Below, piece by piece: positions 9,193 to 16,330 of a DNA stretch of 64,000 nt. A model generated the notes under the pieces. That model was given only the letters and a program-made list of their open reading frames with translations. It was not told the DNA's origin and ran no database searches. The stretch's first letter is position 1. Every line of letters starts with the position of its first letter. Made by a program: the position numbers and the translations under genes. Location of the stretch: positions 1-64,000 of the IMG/VR virus record IMGVR_UViG_3300020050_009513. One strand, written 5' to 3'. The DNA is from a virus. Its lineage: Duplodnaviria; Caudoviricetes.

Positions 9193-9456
9193 TTACAGAC
9201 CTAAAGCGCGGACCATGCGGGCAAACATCTGTGACGATGCTGAGCCAGCTACGCTACCGCTTGGAGGGCACGCTGCGTCCCAAGCTTCAGCCAACTTAGA
9301 GCGTGTGGTACTCAATGTACGCTCAGGTTCAAGCTCAAAGTTAGCACTGATGTCTCCCACTGTAAAGCTACCATACTCAGCGGCAGTCTTATAACCGCCA
9401 GTGCTACCAACGACTCGACCCTTACGACCCGATGCGATGAACTCTTGAATTGTCAT
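9193..9456 (-). CDS. hypothetical protein
   Basis: ORF track; AAGGAG RBS. Confidence 0.65.
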   Translation of the reverse strand: MTIQEFIASGRKGRVVGSTGGYKTAAEYGSFTVGDISANFELEPERTLSTTRSKLAEAWDAACPPSGSVAGSASSQMFARMVRALGL

Positions 9457-9468
9457 GTACCTTCTCCT

Positions 9469-9627
9469 TTATTGTGCCGCTTGATTGCGGGTAATACTAT
9501 ACATATACTCATTCTTATTTTGATACCGAGACTTGAGGTCTTGCAACACACTATCCAATTGGATCATGGTAGTGTATGCGCATTCGAATGTCATGCCTTT
9601 AGCTTTAAAGATCAGATTAAATTTCAT
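9469..9627 (-). CDS. hypothetical protein (52 aa, not in ORF track)
   Basis: Manual translation MKFNLIFKAKGMTFECAY...; GGGAG RBS and ATGA overlap. Confidence 0.55.
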   Translation of the reverse strand: MKFNLIFKAKGMTFECAYTTMIQLDSVLQDLKSRYQNKNEYMYSITRNQAAQ

Positions 9628-9875
9628 GGTAGCTCCCTATAATTTTTGGGTTTGTTTTTTAATTCAACTAAATTATACTTATCCATATCTTCTCTGTACT
9701 CAGATATGGATATAGTATTGACGTCATTACTCTCTACACAAATGTAGTAGTAACCTTCACTCGTTTTTGCTTTATAACAGCAATCAAATCCCACACCTCG
9801 TTTTAATTCTGTAATTTTTACTGGACCTGCATGTCTGTTTAGTATACTAAGTAGCCGGGCATCTAATTGTTTCAC
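9624..9875 (-). CDS. hypothetical protein ending KPKNYRELP
   Basis: ORF track; GTG start overlapping upstream stop. Confidence 0.6.
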   Translation of the reverse strand: MKQLDARLLSILNRHAGPVKITELKRGVGFDCCYKAKTSEGYYYICVESNDVNTISISEYREDMDKYNLVELKNKPKNYRELP

Positions 9876-10159
9876 ACAAGCTCTCGATAGTTACGAGGTT
9901 TGCTCATACGCAAGAAAGTTTCAGCAAAAGTTGAACCAGCAATGCGGCGACTTTCAATAGCCTCTACTTCACCGTCTTCATTTACATACCAGGTAACTCT
10001 ACGTAACTCACCACATTCCCTAATCACAACGCAGTTATCAAAGTCATCATGATAAAATGATGCAATGATTTCAGTATCATTCCAATCATTTAACTGATCT
10101 AATACATATTCATATTCACATTCTAATTCAGAAGGAATAGGTTTACCAACGTGCCTCAT
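9872..10159 (-). CDS. hypothetical protein ending KPRNYRELV
   Basis: ORF track; GGAGGAG RBS. Confidence 0.65.
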   Translation of the reverse strand: MRHVGKPIPSELECEYEYVLDQLNDWNDTEIIASFYHDDFDNCVVIRECGELRRVTWYVNEDGEVEAIESRRIAGSTFAETFLRMSKPRNYRELV

Positions 10160-10467
10160 TACTCCTCCGATTGTTCGGCGTATGATACTAACTCTTGTGT
10201 TAGTTTATCAATCTCCTGCTGTGCAGTTACTAATTTGTTTTTCTTTTCTTCAATAATGCGAGGAAGATTCTGTAGTTTATGTTGACGTTCGGTCATAACA
10301 TTTAACACACTCACACCAGCTATGCCGTAATTAGAAATAGCATACGCAAGTCCATACTCATGTACCTGAACTACCCCAGCTTTACTAGTGTTATTACCGT
10401 ATGTTCCTATGTAATAAAATTTATCAAGAGAATTTCCTTGTACATAAACAATATCTCCGATGTTCAT
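10159..10467 (-). CDS. hypothetical protein with C-terminal coiled coil
   Basis: ORF track; AAGGAG RBS. Confidence 0.65.
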   Translation of the reverse strand: MNIGDIVYVQGNSLDKFYYIGTYGNNTSKAGVVQVHEYGLAYAISNYGIAGVSVLNVMTERQHKLQNLPRIIEEKKNKLVTAQQEIDKLTQELVSYAEQSEE

Positions 10468-10763
10468 TCGATACTCCTTACGTTTTTAATCTTGATTGTG
10501 TTCTCGTTAATTAACGATTGAAACATTTCCATATCTATAAAAGCATGTCGCCCGCCAGCAGGGATATTAAAAAATTCTTTACAACTCTTAGTTACTATTG
10601 GCAAGGCAGCCTTATCTCCAGGATAGTACATAAGCATACCGTCTTGCATTACTGCTAAGTGTACCCATTGATTCATCTTAACTACATACTTAGGATTGTA
10701 TTTGTTAAGCTGATTGACTATAAACAAATTAACTTTTGTTCCTTGGGTATGAACTAATTTCAT
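10464..10763 (-). CDS. hypothetical protein
   Basis: ORF track; ATGA overlap. Confidence 0.6.
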   Translation of the reverse strand: MKLVHTQGTKVNLFIVNQLNKYNPKYVVKMNQWVHLAVMQDGMLMYYPGDKAALPIVTKSCKEFFNIPAGGRHAFIDMEMFQSLINENTIKIKNVRSIE

Positions 10764-11137
10764 TCAAGCATCCTAGTATTACGGGGTTGATGAAGTTTAA
10801 ATGTTCTAAGTAGCACAAGCCTCCCTTTCTTAATACGCTTATAAACGTTTTGCATATTCTGCCGACCGACAGGGTTAGCTGTGACAAACATAATTTCCTT
10901 AGGTGTATGCTGAGGATGCGCCTCAAGGAAATACATTACATCTAATCCTGTTTTCTCCACACCGTTATTGTCATACGAAGCAAGGTCGTGATCTAACAAA
11001 AGAATGTCAAAGGGCTGATTATTAATTAAAAGTTCAAGCCCTTCTGTATAACTCCAACCCTGAACTGTTACGTCTATGTTATAAGTGTTCTTAATCAAAG
11101 CAGGAGTCCTATTGTCATCAATAAGTAACACTCTCAT
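10760..11137 (-). CDS. stand-alone receiver-like protein (cyclic-phosphate-processing receiver type)
   Basis: RVLLIDDNRTP, DILLLDHDL, TGLDVMYFL, TANPVGRQNM; start reassigned to ATG 11137 after AAGGAG. Confidence 0.75.
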   Translation of the reverse strand: MRVLLIDDNRTPALIKNTYNIDVTVQGWSYTEGLELLINNQPFDILLLDHDLASYDNNGVEKTGLDVMYFLEAHPQHTPKEIMFVTANPVGRQNMQNVYKRIKKGRLVLLRTFKLHQPRNTRMLE

Positions 11138-11487
11138 ACACTTACTCCTTGACAAAACACTGCATAACATATATAGTTAAGAGAAACCCTTGCCTGTAAT
11201 AGTTCGGCCCATATCAAGGCAGCCCTGGGGTACAGAAGGTAGAGAGAAAAGGAATCCTACCTAACAGACGCCAACGTAGGTCTGTTCAGCCTTCTGTAAC
11301 GTGCATTAGGTCTATGTTAAACCTAACCATTATTAAGTTTCGCCACCACTTAGGGTATACTACTCTAATGGCAGTTTATTTAGAAACACGAGATAGGCGT
11401 TCAAACAAACTATACAACTGTATAACTTGTATTACAAACGTGTGATAGATACCGTTACTAATACATATATTTAAACATTACGCTGTA

Positions 11488-11619
11488 TCATAGATCATTG
11501 TGCAGATCAAGAATAACACGCTCAATGGCCTTTTGTCCACCGGCTACAAGGATGCCTGTGGTATAAAACACGGCTGCTGTGAAGAGCATGAGAGTAATGA
11601 ATACAATGTGCTTAAGCAT
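11488..11619 (-). CDS. small membrane protein (43 aa)
   Basis: Manual translation MLKHIVFITLMLFTAAVFYTTGILVAGG... Confidence 0.5.
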   Translation of the reverse strand: MLKHIVFITLMLFTAAVFYTTGILVAGGQKAIERVILDLHNDL

Positions 11620-11658
11620 ATGTAGTCCTAACTAGGATGTGTTAATAATATTAACTGG

Positions 11659-11871
11659 TTAGCTTACAAGGCGAGGGCGTGCAGACTTGACATACCAGGT
11701 CTGTGTGGGACAGTCGTACACGAGCACATCACCCATAGACACAGTTATTAAACACTCAGGTCCAAATGTTTGATAGGTGAATGTCACACCATGACCGTAC
11801 AGATGTGCCACTAAGCACTTCAAAGAAAACTCTAGTTCTTCCATATAGATAGACCTTTCTGTCTTATACAT
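11659..11871 (-). CDS. hypothetical protein
   Basis: ORF track; start uncertain. Confidence 0.5.
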   Translation of the reverse strand: MYKTERSIYMEELEFSLKCLVAHLYGHGVTFTYQTFGPECLITVSMGDVLVYDCPTQTWYVKSARPRLVS

Positions 11872-11962
11872 TTAGGAACAGAAATACAAACAAAGTCACG
11901 AGGTAAGCCCACATAGGCGCACCCATCCAGGCAAGCCCTAAGGTTAGCAAGATCCATACCAT
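11864..11962 (-). CDS. small membrane peptide (32 aa)
   Basis: Manual translation MVWILLTLGLAWMGAPMWAYLVTLFVFLFLNV. Confidence 0.5.
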   Translation of the reverse strand: MVWILLTLGLAWMGAPMWAYLVTLFVFLFLNV

Positions 11963-11991
11963 GTCGTTTTCCTTTCTGGAAAAGCGAGGGT

Positions 11992-12201
11992 CTATCCCAC
12001 CTTAACAGTAACTTCATAGTCCTGAAAACCCACAGACAGGTCTGGCACGGTATTTGCAGAGGTCTTTCTGTCATGTTCAGCAAGCATGTCCTGAAAGTCC
12101 TGAAATAGCATGTGCAGTTCCAAGTCATACACAGGTTGCTGGTCCAGTTGATTCTGTGCTTCACGGATGGCGGCGTGCATACCCTTTACTGCGCTATTCA
12201 T
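11992..12201 (-). CDS. hypothetical protein
   Basis: ORF track; GGAGGG RBS. Confidence 0.65.
   Translation of the reverse strand: MNSAVKGMHAAIREAQNQLDQQPVYDLELHMLFQDFQDMLAEHDRKTSANTVPDLSVGFQDYEVTVKVG
12042..12058 (+). promoter_or_regulatory. sigma54-type -24/-12 consensus site, antisense to early genes
   Basis: CTGGCACG-GTAT-TTGCA. Confidence 0.45.
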
Positions 12202-12292
12202 TTGTCCCTCCTAGGACTAGTACAAGCATTAAGTACGTGAGTACACCTGTGGTTACCCCACATATGGCTACAATAACGATCTGTTCAAACAT
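12194..12292 (-). CDS. small membrane peptide (32 aa)
   Basis: Manual translation MFEQIVIVAICGVTTGVLTYLMLVLVLGGTNE. Confidence 0.55.
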   Translation of the reverse strand: MFEQIVIVAICGVTTGVLTYLMLVLVLGGTNE

Positions 12293-12492
12293 TATACACC
12301 CCTTCTAGTGTACACGATGGCCACGGGTCCAAATTCAAACCACGCGGTGAACGTGCTTCTGTGAAAATACCACGGCTGCCAGAAGTTAACAATACCCACT
12401 GCAAGCCATACAGTCCTGATCTGTACCCCAAGTACAGGTAGACCATAGGCGTTGCGGCTAAGTGTAAACATAGCGCACCCCTTTTCCCTCAT
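12292..12492 (-). CDS. small hydrophobic/aromatic protein (start probably MFTLSR)
   Basis: ORF track. Confidence 0.5.
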   Translation of the reverse strand: MREKGCAMFTLSRNAYGLPVLGVQIRTVWLAVGIVNFWQPWYFHRSTFTAWFEFGPVAIVYTRRGV

Positions 12493-12615
12493 GTATCAAG
12501 ATGAGTCACCGGCCCAATCGTGGAGGGGAGACACGAAGGGCCAGGACATATGCGTGCCTTGACCGTGCTGTTCTTACCCTTCGGTTAAGAAGGGATTCTG
12601 CTACGGATTTAGGCT

Positions 12616-12676
12616 GGACTCATCAGCCAACGCATCACGTTGGGACAGGTACGTTCTGTGCATACCTGTTTCGTCC
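12616..12676 (-). ncRNA. hammerhead ribozyme, type II
   Basis: Minus strand: GGAC GAAA C AGGUA-loop-UACCU G UC CCAACG-UGAUG-CGUUGG CUGAUGA GUCC. Full core and three perfect stems; predicted cleavage between 12644 and 12643. Confidence 0.92.
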
Positions 12677-12681
12677 TGAGA

Positions 12682-12879
12682 CTATCGTGCCAAGAACTGT
12701 GCCCTAGTCATAAGCTGGGACGGATGCAGGGTCTCGCTATAGCCTGCACCTTGCCGCTTGACGTGTAGCATACCCAAGCCAGTACGGTAAAGCAAGCGAT
12801 AAATCTCAAACCGCATACCACTACGGGTATTAACCATGCGATAATACTTCACAAATCCTCCTCTGTTAAGCTCCAGCAA
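12682..12879 (-). CDS. small basic hypothetical protein (start probably VKYYRM or MVNTRS)
   Basis: ORF track; GGAGG upstream of internal start. Confidence 0.55.
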   Translation of the reverse strand: MLELNRGGFVKYYRMVNTRSGMRFEIYRLLYRTGLGMLHVKRQGAGYSETLHPSQLMTRAQFLAR

Positions 12880-12914
12880 AGGCCCGAGGTGTTACGCTCA
12901 GGCCCTCAGGGAAC

Positions 12915-13271
12915 TTAGCCGACCTTGCGGTTAAGAAACTCAGCGATCTGTTCACCAGTGATTCCAGCACGTTGCAGGGCTTCCAGTGCGGCAGTAGCTT
13001 TCTGGCGTTCCTTTTCGAGAAGCTTAGCGGCTTGCCGTTGGGCTTTCTCCAGGTCCTTCTGCTTGCTACGGTTACCTTGACGCTCTTGGGCTACCTCGAT
13101 GCCTTTCAGCAACTCTTCTGCGCTGTTGACAATCAGCTTCGCTACGTCTACGCTGAACATAGCCGTGTGTCCAGTAACGGGGTCAGTGATCTTCATGTAC
13201 CCCTTCTCGCTTACGCTTACAGGTCCGTTGGTGTAGTCCCAGTTAGCCTTGGGTTTCATCTGCTCGCTCAT
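12915..13271 (-). CDS. hypothetical protein with long charged helix; first gene of the putative early operon
   Basis: ORF track; GAGGGAG RBS; downstream of sigma54-type site. Confidence 0.75.
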   Translation of the reverse strand: MSEQMKPKANWDYTNGPVSVSEKGYMKITDPVTGHTAMFSVDVAKLIVNSAEELLKGIEVAQERQGNRSKQKDLEKAQRQAAKLLEKERQKATAALEALQRAGITGEQIAEFLNRKVG

Positions 13272-13347
13272 ACTCTCTCCCTCGTTAGCGCCTACGGTGT
13301 AGGCTTGGTTTGTTCGACCGGAAAACCCGACCGATGCAAACCACTAG

Positions 13348-13364
13348 AGCAACCGCCGTGCCAA
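13348..13364 (-). promoter_or_regulatory. sigma54-type promoter (-24/-12)
   Basis: Minus strand TTGGCACG-GCGG-TTGCT in non-coding DNA about 77 nt upstream of ATG 13271. Confidence 0.65.
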
Positions 13365-13539
13365 GTGCTAAGTGGTTGAAATCATTCGGTTCTCGTTTTG
13401 GGATTGTGTCGATCTTCTCGACAAAACGACCGTTGACCGATCGATCAAGTCGGCGAAATCACTCGGGTTTGTTGCAAAAGTGTCTAATCGTCAAAAAGTT
13501 TGTCGATCAAAATGAGACGGCGTCCGACAATCGCGCCTG

Positions 13540-13624
13540 CGTGCGTGTGCGCGTGTGCGGGCATGCGTGTGTACGTGCGTGTGCGCGTGTGCGGGCATGC
13601 GTGTGTACGTGCGTGTGCGCGTGT
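13540..13624. repeat. 2.5 tandem copies of a 34-bp alternating purine/pyrimidine repeat
   Basis: CGTGCGTGTGCGCGTGTGCGGGCATGCGTGTGTA at 13540-13573 and 13574-13607, partial copy to 13624. Confidence 0.95.
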
Positions 13625-13768
13625 AGGCGGGTAGGGGGGTAGGGGTTATTTTTTGTAAGAAAGCGGTTAACACTCACCGAGTACACATAAGTGTATTTTT
13701 AGACTTAATAACCTCCTAGGTCACCGGAATAGGATAGCTTCCGCCCTTCCAAGCATTATGCTCAGGTT

Positions 13769-14020
13769 TTATAAGAGACATGAGGACATAGGCCCGTCCA
13801 TTATTGAACGTATCATATCAACAGGCATATACATATGCAGTAATGAGTCGTAAGTCTGACTAATGTGCAATTGTCGGGCAGCATAGGGCACCAGCCTCTT
13901 TCCGTTTCGAATATACACGGTAAGCGTAGGAGACATAGTCCCACCTCGCGTATATTGCTCAATGTCAAGCTTTTCCTTAACTCCATTGACTAGAACGGGA
14001 ATTTTATAGTATTGTTTCAT
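13769..14020 (-). CDS. hypothetical protein, paralog of 14031-14243
   Basis: Start reassigned to MKQYYKIPV; shares KIPVxVN...DIE...RG...IRNGKRL. Confidence 0.65.
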   Translation of the reverse strand: MKQYYKIPVLVNGVKEKLDIEQYTRGGTMSPTLTVYIRNGKRLVPYAARQLHISQTYDSLLHMYMPVDMIRSIMDGPMSSCLL

Positions 14021-14030
14021 AGCCGTCCTT

Positions 14031-14243
14031 CTAAAACGTAAATGATCCGTATGCCATTTTAAATCTACCATTCATTGTAACTTTTATATCTAAATCTCTA
14101 ACCTCTTGCTTTGTAAGTCTTTTGCCATTTCGAATTACTACATAGTCCCCGAGGCAGTCAAGTTCGCCCCTAGAGTGTTCCTCTATGTCTACATATTCTT
14201 GTACATCGTTTACAGTCACTGGAATTTTAGTATGGTATTTCAT
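14031..14243 (-). CDS. hypothetical protein, paralog of 13769-14020
   Basis: MKYHTKIPVTVN...DIEEHSRG...IRNGKRL. Confidence 0.65.
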   Translation of the reverse strand: MKYHTKIPVTVNDVQEYVDIEEHSRGELDCLGDYVVIRNGKRLTKQEVRDLDIKVTMNGRFKMAYGSFTF

Positions 14244-14304
14244 ACACTTAATAATTTAAGCCCGCACCAAATAATGGCCAGGGTTAGTCTTTCTGTTGCT
14301 TCCA

Positions 14305-14493
14305 TTAAACTATCCACGCAATCTTAACACGACCTAGCACCAAAGAGAGAACATAGTCCCGTCCAAGTTTATGTCGGGTAACACCAATTAGAGTATCCAC
14401 ACGTTGTCCCTCCCCAAGCCGTTCATACCAACAGGTACCCTTAGGAGCAATGGAAATTCCAATAAGGCCTTTACCTACTTTAATAACTCTCAT
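14305..14493 (-). CDS. hypothetical protein
   Basis: ORF track; TAATG overlap. Confidence 0.55.
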   Translation of the reverse strand: MRVIKVGKGLIGISIAPKGTCWYERLGEGQRVDTLIGVTRHKLGRDYVLSLVLGRVKIAWIV

Positions 14494-14621
14494 TACTGAG
14501 AACCTTTCTTACGTTTATGCAAAGTAGATTTATATACAATCTTATGGGTACTTCCATCGCAATGTGCCGGAGGTTTAGTTAGAACACTCTCGCCACAGAC
14601 AAGACATTTCCCGTCAGACAT
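14493..14621 (-). CDS. 42-aa Cys/His metal-binding peptide with CDGS(T)H motif (not in ORF track)
   Basis: Manual translation MSDGKCLVCGESVLTKPPAHCDGSTHKIVYK...; TAATG overlaps on both sides. Confidence 0.6.
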   Translation of the reverse strand: MSDGKCLVCGESVLTKPPAHCDGSTHKIVYKSTLHKRKKGSQ

Positions 14622-14920
14622 TATTCCTGCCCTTCCAGACGCTCTAGGAGGCGTTGGTTGCCTTCCTGAGGATCTACGGGCCTAGCAGCCTCAATAAGCG
14701 TTCTAATGAGCTCCCAGACGCTTTGGTTGCGGTCATAGCCCTTAAGCTGTGCAAACAATGCTGGGGTGCCCGACCAATTGTCAGCCGCAATCCAGGCGTC
14801 ATAGCTGTGCCCGTTTCCATTCTCTCGCGAGAACGACACGTTCGCAGCCATCATCTCACCAATCTTTTTCTTCTGATCTTCATTTCCGAAGGGAATCAAT
14901 TCTACCGTAATACGTAGCAT
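14621..14920 (-). CDS. hypothetical protein
   Basis: ORF track. Confidence 0.7.
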   Translation of the reverse strand: MLRITVELIPFGNEDQKKKIGEMMAANVSFSRENGNGHSYDAWIAADNWSGTPALFAQLKGYDRNQSVWELIRTLIEAARPVDPQEGNQRLLERLEGQE

Positions 14921-14921
14921 T

Positions 14922-15236
14922 TTAATAACCTAACTGAGCACATAGCTGTGCTTGTTCTGGGGTTGTAGGGTTAGTGCAGGCTGATGCAAAGTCTGTAGGA
15001 TTTATGTTCACTAAACTCATCTTGTCAAAGGTACACTGAGCCACCGCTTGATTATAAAGTTCCTCGCTAGGAAAGTTAGATTCTAAATTAAGTTGTTTAC
15101 ATAAAGCATTGATTTCAGCGATGAAGCCCATTTCAATCGTGACTCGGCTTTCACCGGAAGCAATGACGTCATACCGCCCTGAGGAGGGGCCGCAGGAAAT
15201 AAGAAGTAGAGGTAGAGTTAATAACAAATATTTCAT
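14922..15236 (-). CDS. small lipoprotein
   Basis: MKYLLLTLPLLLISC lipobox; four further Cys. Confidence 0.7.
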   Translation of the reverse strand: MKYLLLTLPLLLISCGPSSGRYDVIASGESRVTIEMGFIAEINALCKQLNLESNFPSEELYNQAVAQCTFDKMSLVNINPTDFASACTNPTTPEQAQLCAQLGY

Positions 15237-15628
15237 TTAGTTCCTACGATACGTGCACATTTAACTTGATTAATCGGAATGTATAAATTATCCTGAGTTA
15301 TAAAAAATCCATCTTTAAAACTCTCCTTTAATTTAAAGAGAGTTAAGTCCTCACTTGTCCATCCAGTGAATACCATATCATCTTGTACCACTGGATAACT
15401 AGTTGTGAATAATGTTTGATTACTGGTTGTTGTGAGTTCGATTTTGTAAACAGGATTTTTTTCTTGTTCCTTGCCCCAAGCTAAAGCTTTAATAGCCCTT
15501 TCTTGTAACTTGTTATTATCTGTCCGTCGGCTTAGATAGAAACCTACAGAACAAAATGCTATAGACATAGCAACAATAACCCACCAACCAAGATCAATCA
15601 CCGTTTCCATGATCTGCCTCCATATCAA
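15233..15628 (-). CDS. membrane-anchored hypothetical protein
   Basis: N-terminal TM WWVIVAMSIAFCSVGFYL. Confidence 0.6.
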   Translation of the reverse strand: MIWRQIMETVIDLGWWVIVAMSIAFCSVGFYLSRRTDNNKLQERAIKALAWGKEQEKNPVYKIELTTTSNQTLFTTSYPVVQDDMVFTGWTSEDLTLFKLKESFKDGFFITQDNLYIPINQVKCARIVGTK

Positions 15629-15866
15629 GCATCATTACGTTCAGTCCGATCGTCTCTCTGACCCGGAGTTTTGCTCCTCCTTGCACCAAGCGACGCTGAA
15701 TCTCATATGGATTAAAATACACCAGATTGTAGGGAATGTCAATACGTAAATACAAGTCTCCCTTACGAAGCCGGTATTCGTATGCAGCTGAATTTTGAGA
15801 CTGAACATAGGTTAATTCAACATCGCGTAAATAATCGGGCTTAAGCTCAACAACATTAGACGGCAT
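15594..15866 (-). CDS. hypothetical protein
   Basis: ORF track. Confidence 0.6.
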   Translation of the reverse strand: MPSNVVELKPDYLRDVELTYVQSQNSAAYEYRLRKGDLYLRIDIPYNLVYFNPYEIQRRLVQGGAKLRVRETIGLNVMMLDMEADHGNGD

Positions 15867-16107
15867 AACTTAAAGACACCTGTGCTACGCTAAACTGTTC
15901 ACCTAGGACTACAATGTATTCTCGATCGTACAGGCTAAGAAGAAAGGCTTGCTTAGAAAGCTCTTCTACCCGATTCAAGGAGCGAGCTTCGGCCAGAATG
16001 CCGGGGTACATACGTGTGGTCAATTCCACACGAACCCTACCGGCAGATGCCATGTTACCTTCCTCAACAATAGTAGCCAACAGATTATTAAGTGTTTTCA
16101 GTGTCAC
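15856..16107 (-). CDS. hypothetical protein
   Basis: ORF track; GGAGAG RBS. Confidence 0.55.
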   Translation of the reverse strand: MTLKTLNNLLATIVEEGNMASAGRVRVELTTRMYPGILAEARSLNRVEELSKQAFLLSLYDREYIVVLGEQFSVAQVSLSYAV

Positions 16108-16330
16108 GCGGACTCTCCAGTTGCGGCGTCTCTACGACGTTAAGATCTTCAATGGTATACTCTTGATCGGCAAAATAGGGCCAAATATATAGCACCTCTT
16201 CGCCTGTGTCTTGGGCGGTAAGAACTAGGTAGGACCCTGTTACGTCTTTCTTTTTGGCAACTTCATGAGAAAGAATATTTCCCGCGGTAATATCAAATAG
16301 ACGATTCGTCGCTCGATGTTTCAAAATCAT
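16088..16330 (-). CDS. hypothetical protein
   Basis: ORF track. Confidence 0.55.
   Translation of the reverse strand: MILKHRATNRLFDITAGNILSHEVAKKKDVTGSYLVLTAQDTGEEVLYIWPYFADQEYTIEDLNVVETPQLESPRDTENT

Noticed and set aside
12511-12542. Plus-strand hairpin TCGTGG..GGAGACACGA echoing the D-arm-like motif of ncRNAs A and B
   Set aside because: Opposite orientation, with no AGUAGCGC hairpin or ACC end; treated as part of the structure downstream of the hammerhead
13540-13624. 34-bp direct repeats as a possible CRISPR array
   Set aside because: Copies are adjacent with no spacers, and no cas genes are present
13310-13673. Track ORFs across the RY repeat (13310-13642 plus, 13491-13673 minus)
   Set aside because: Low-complexity translations of a non-coding repeat with no RBS
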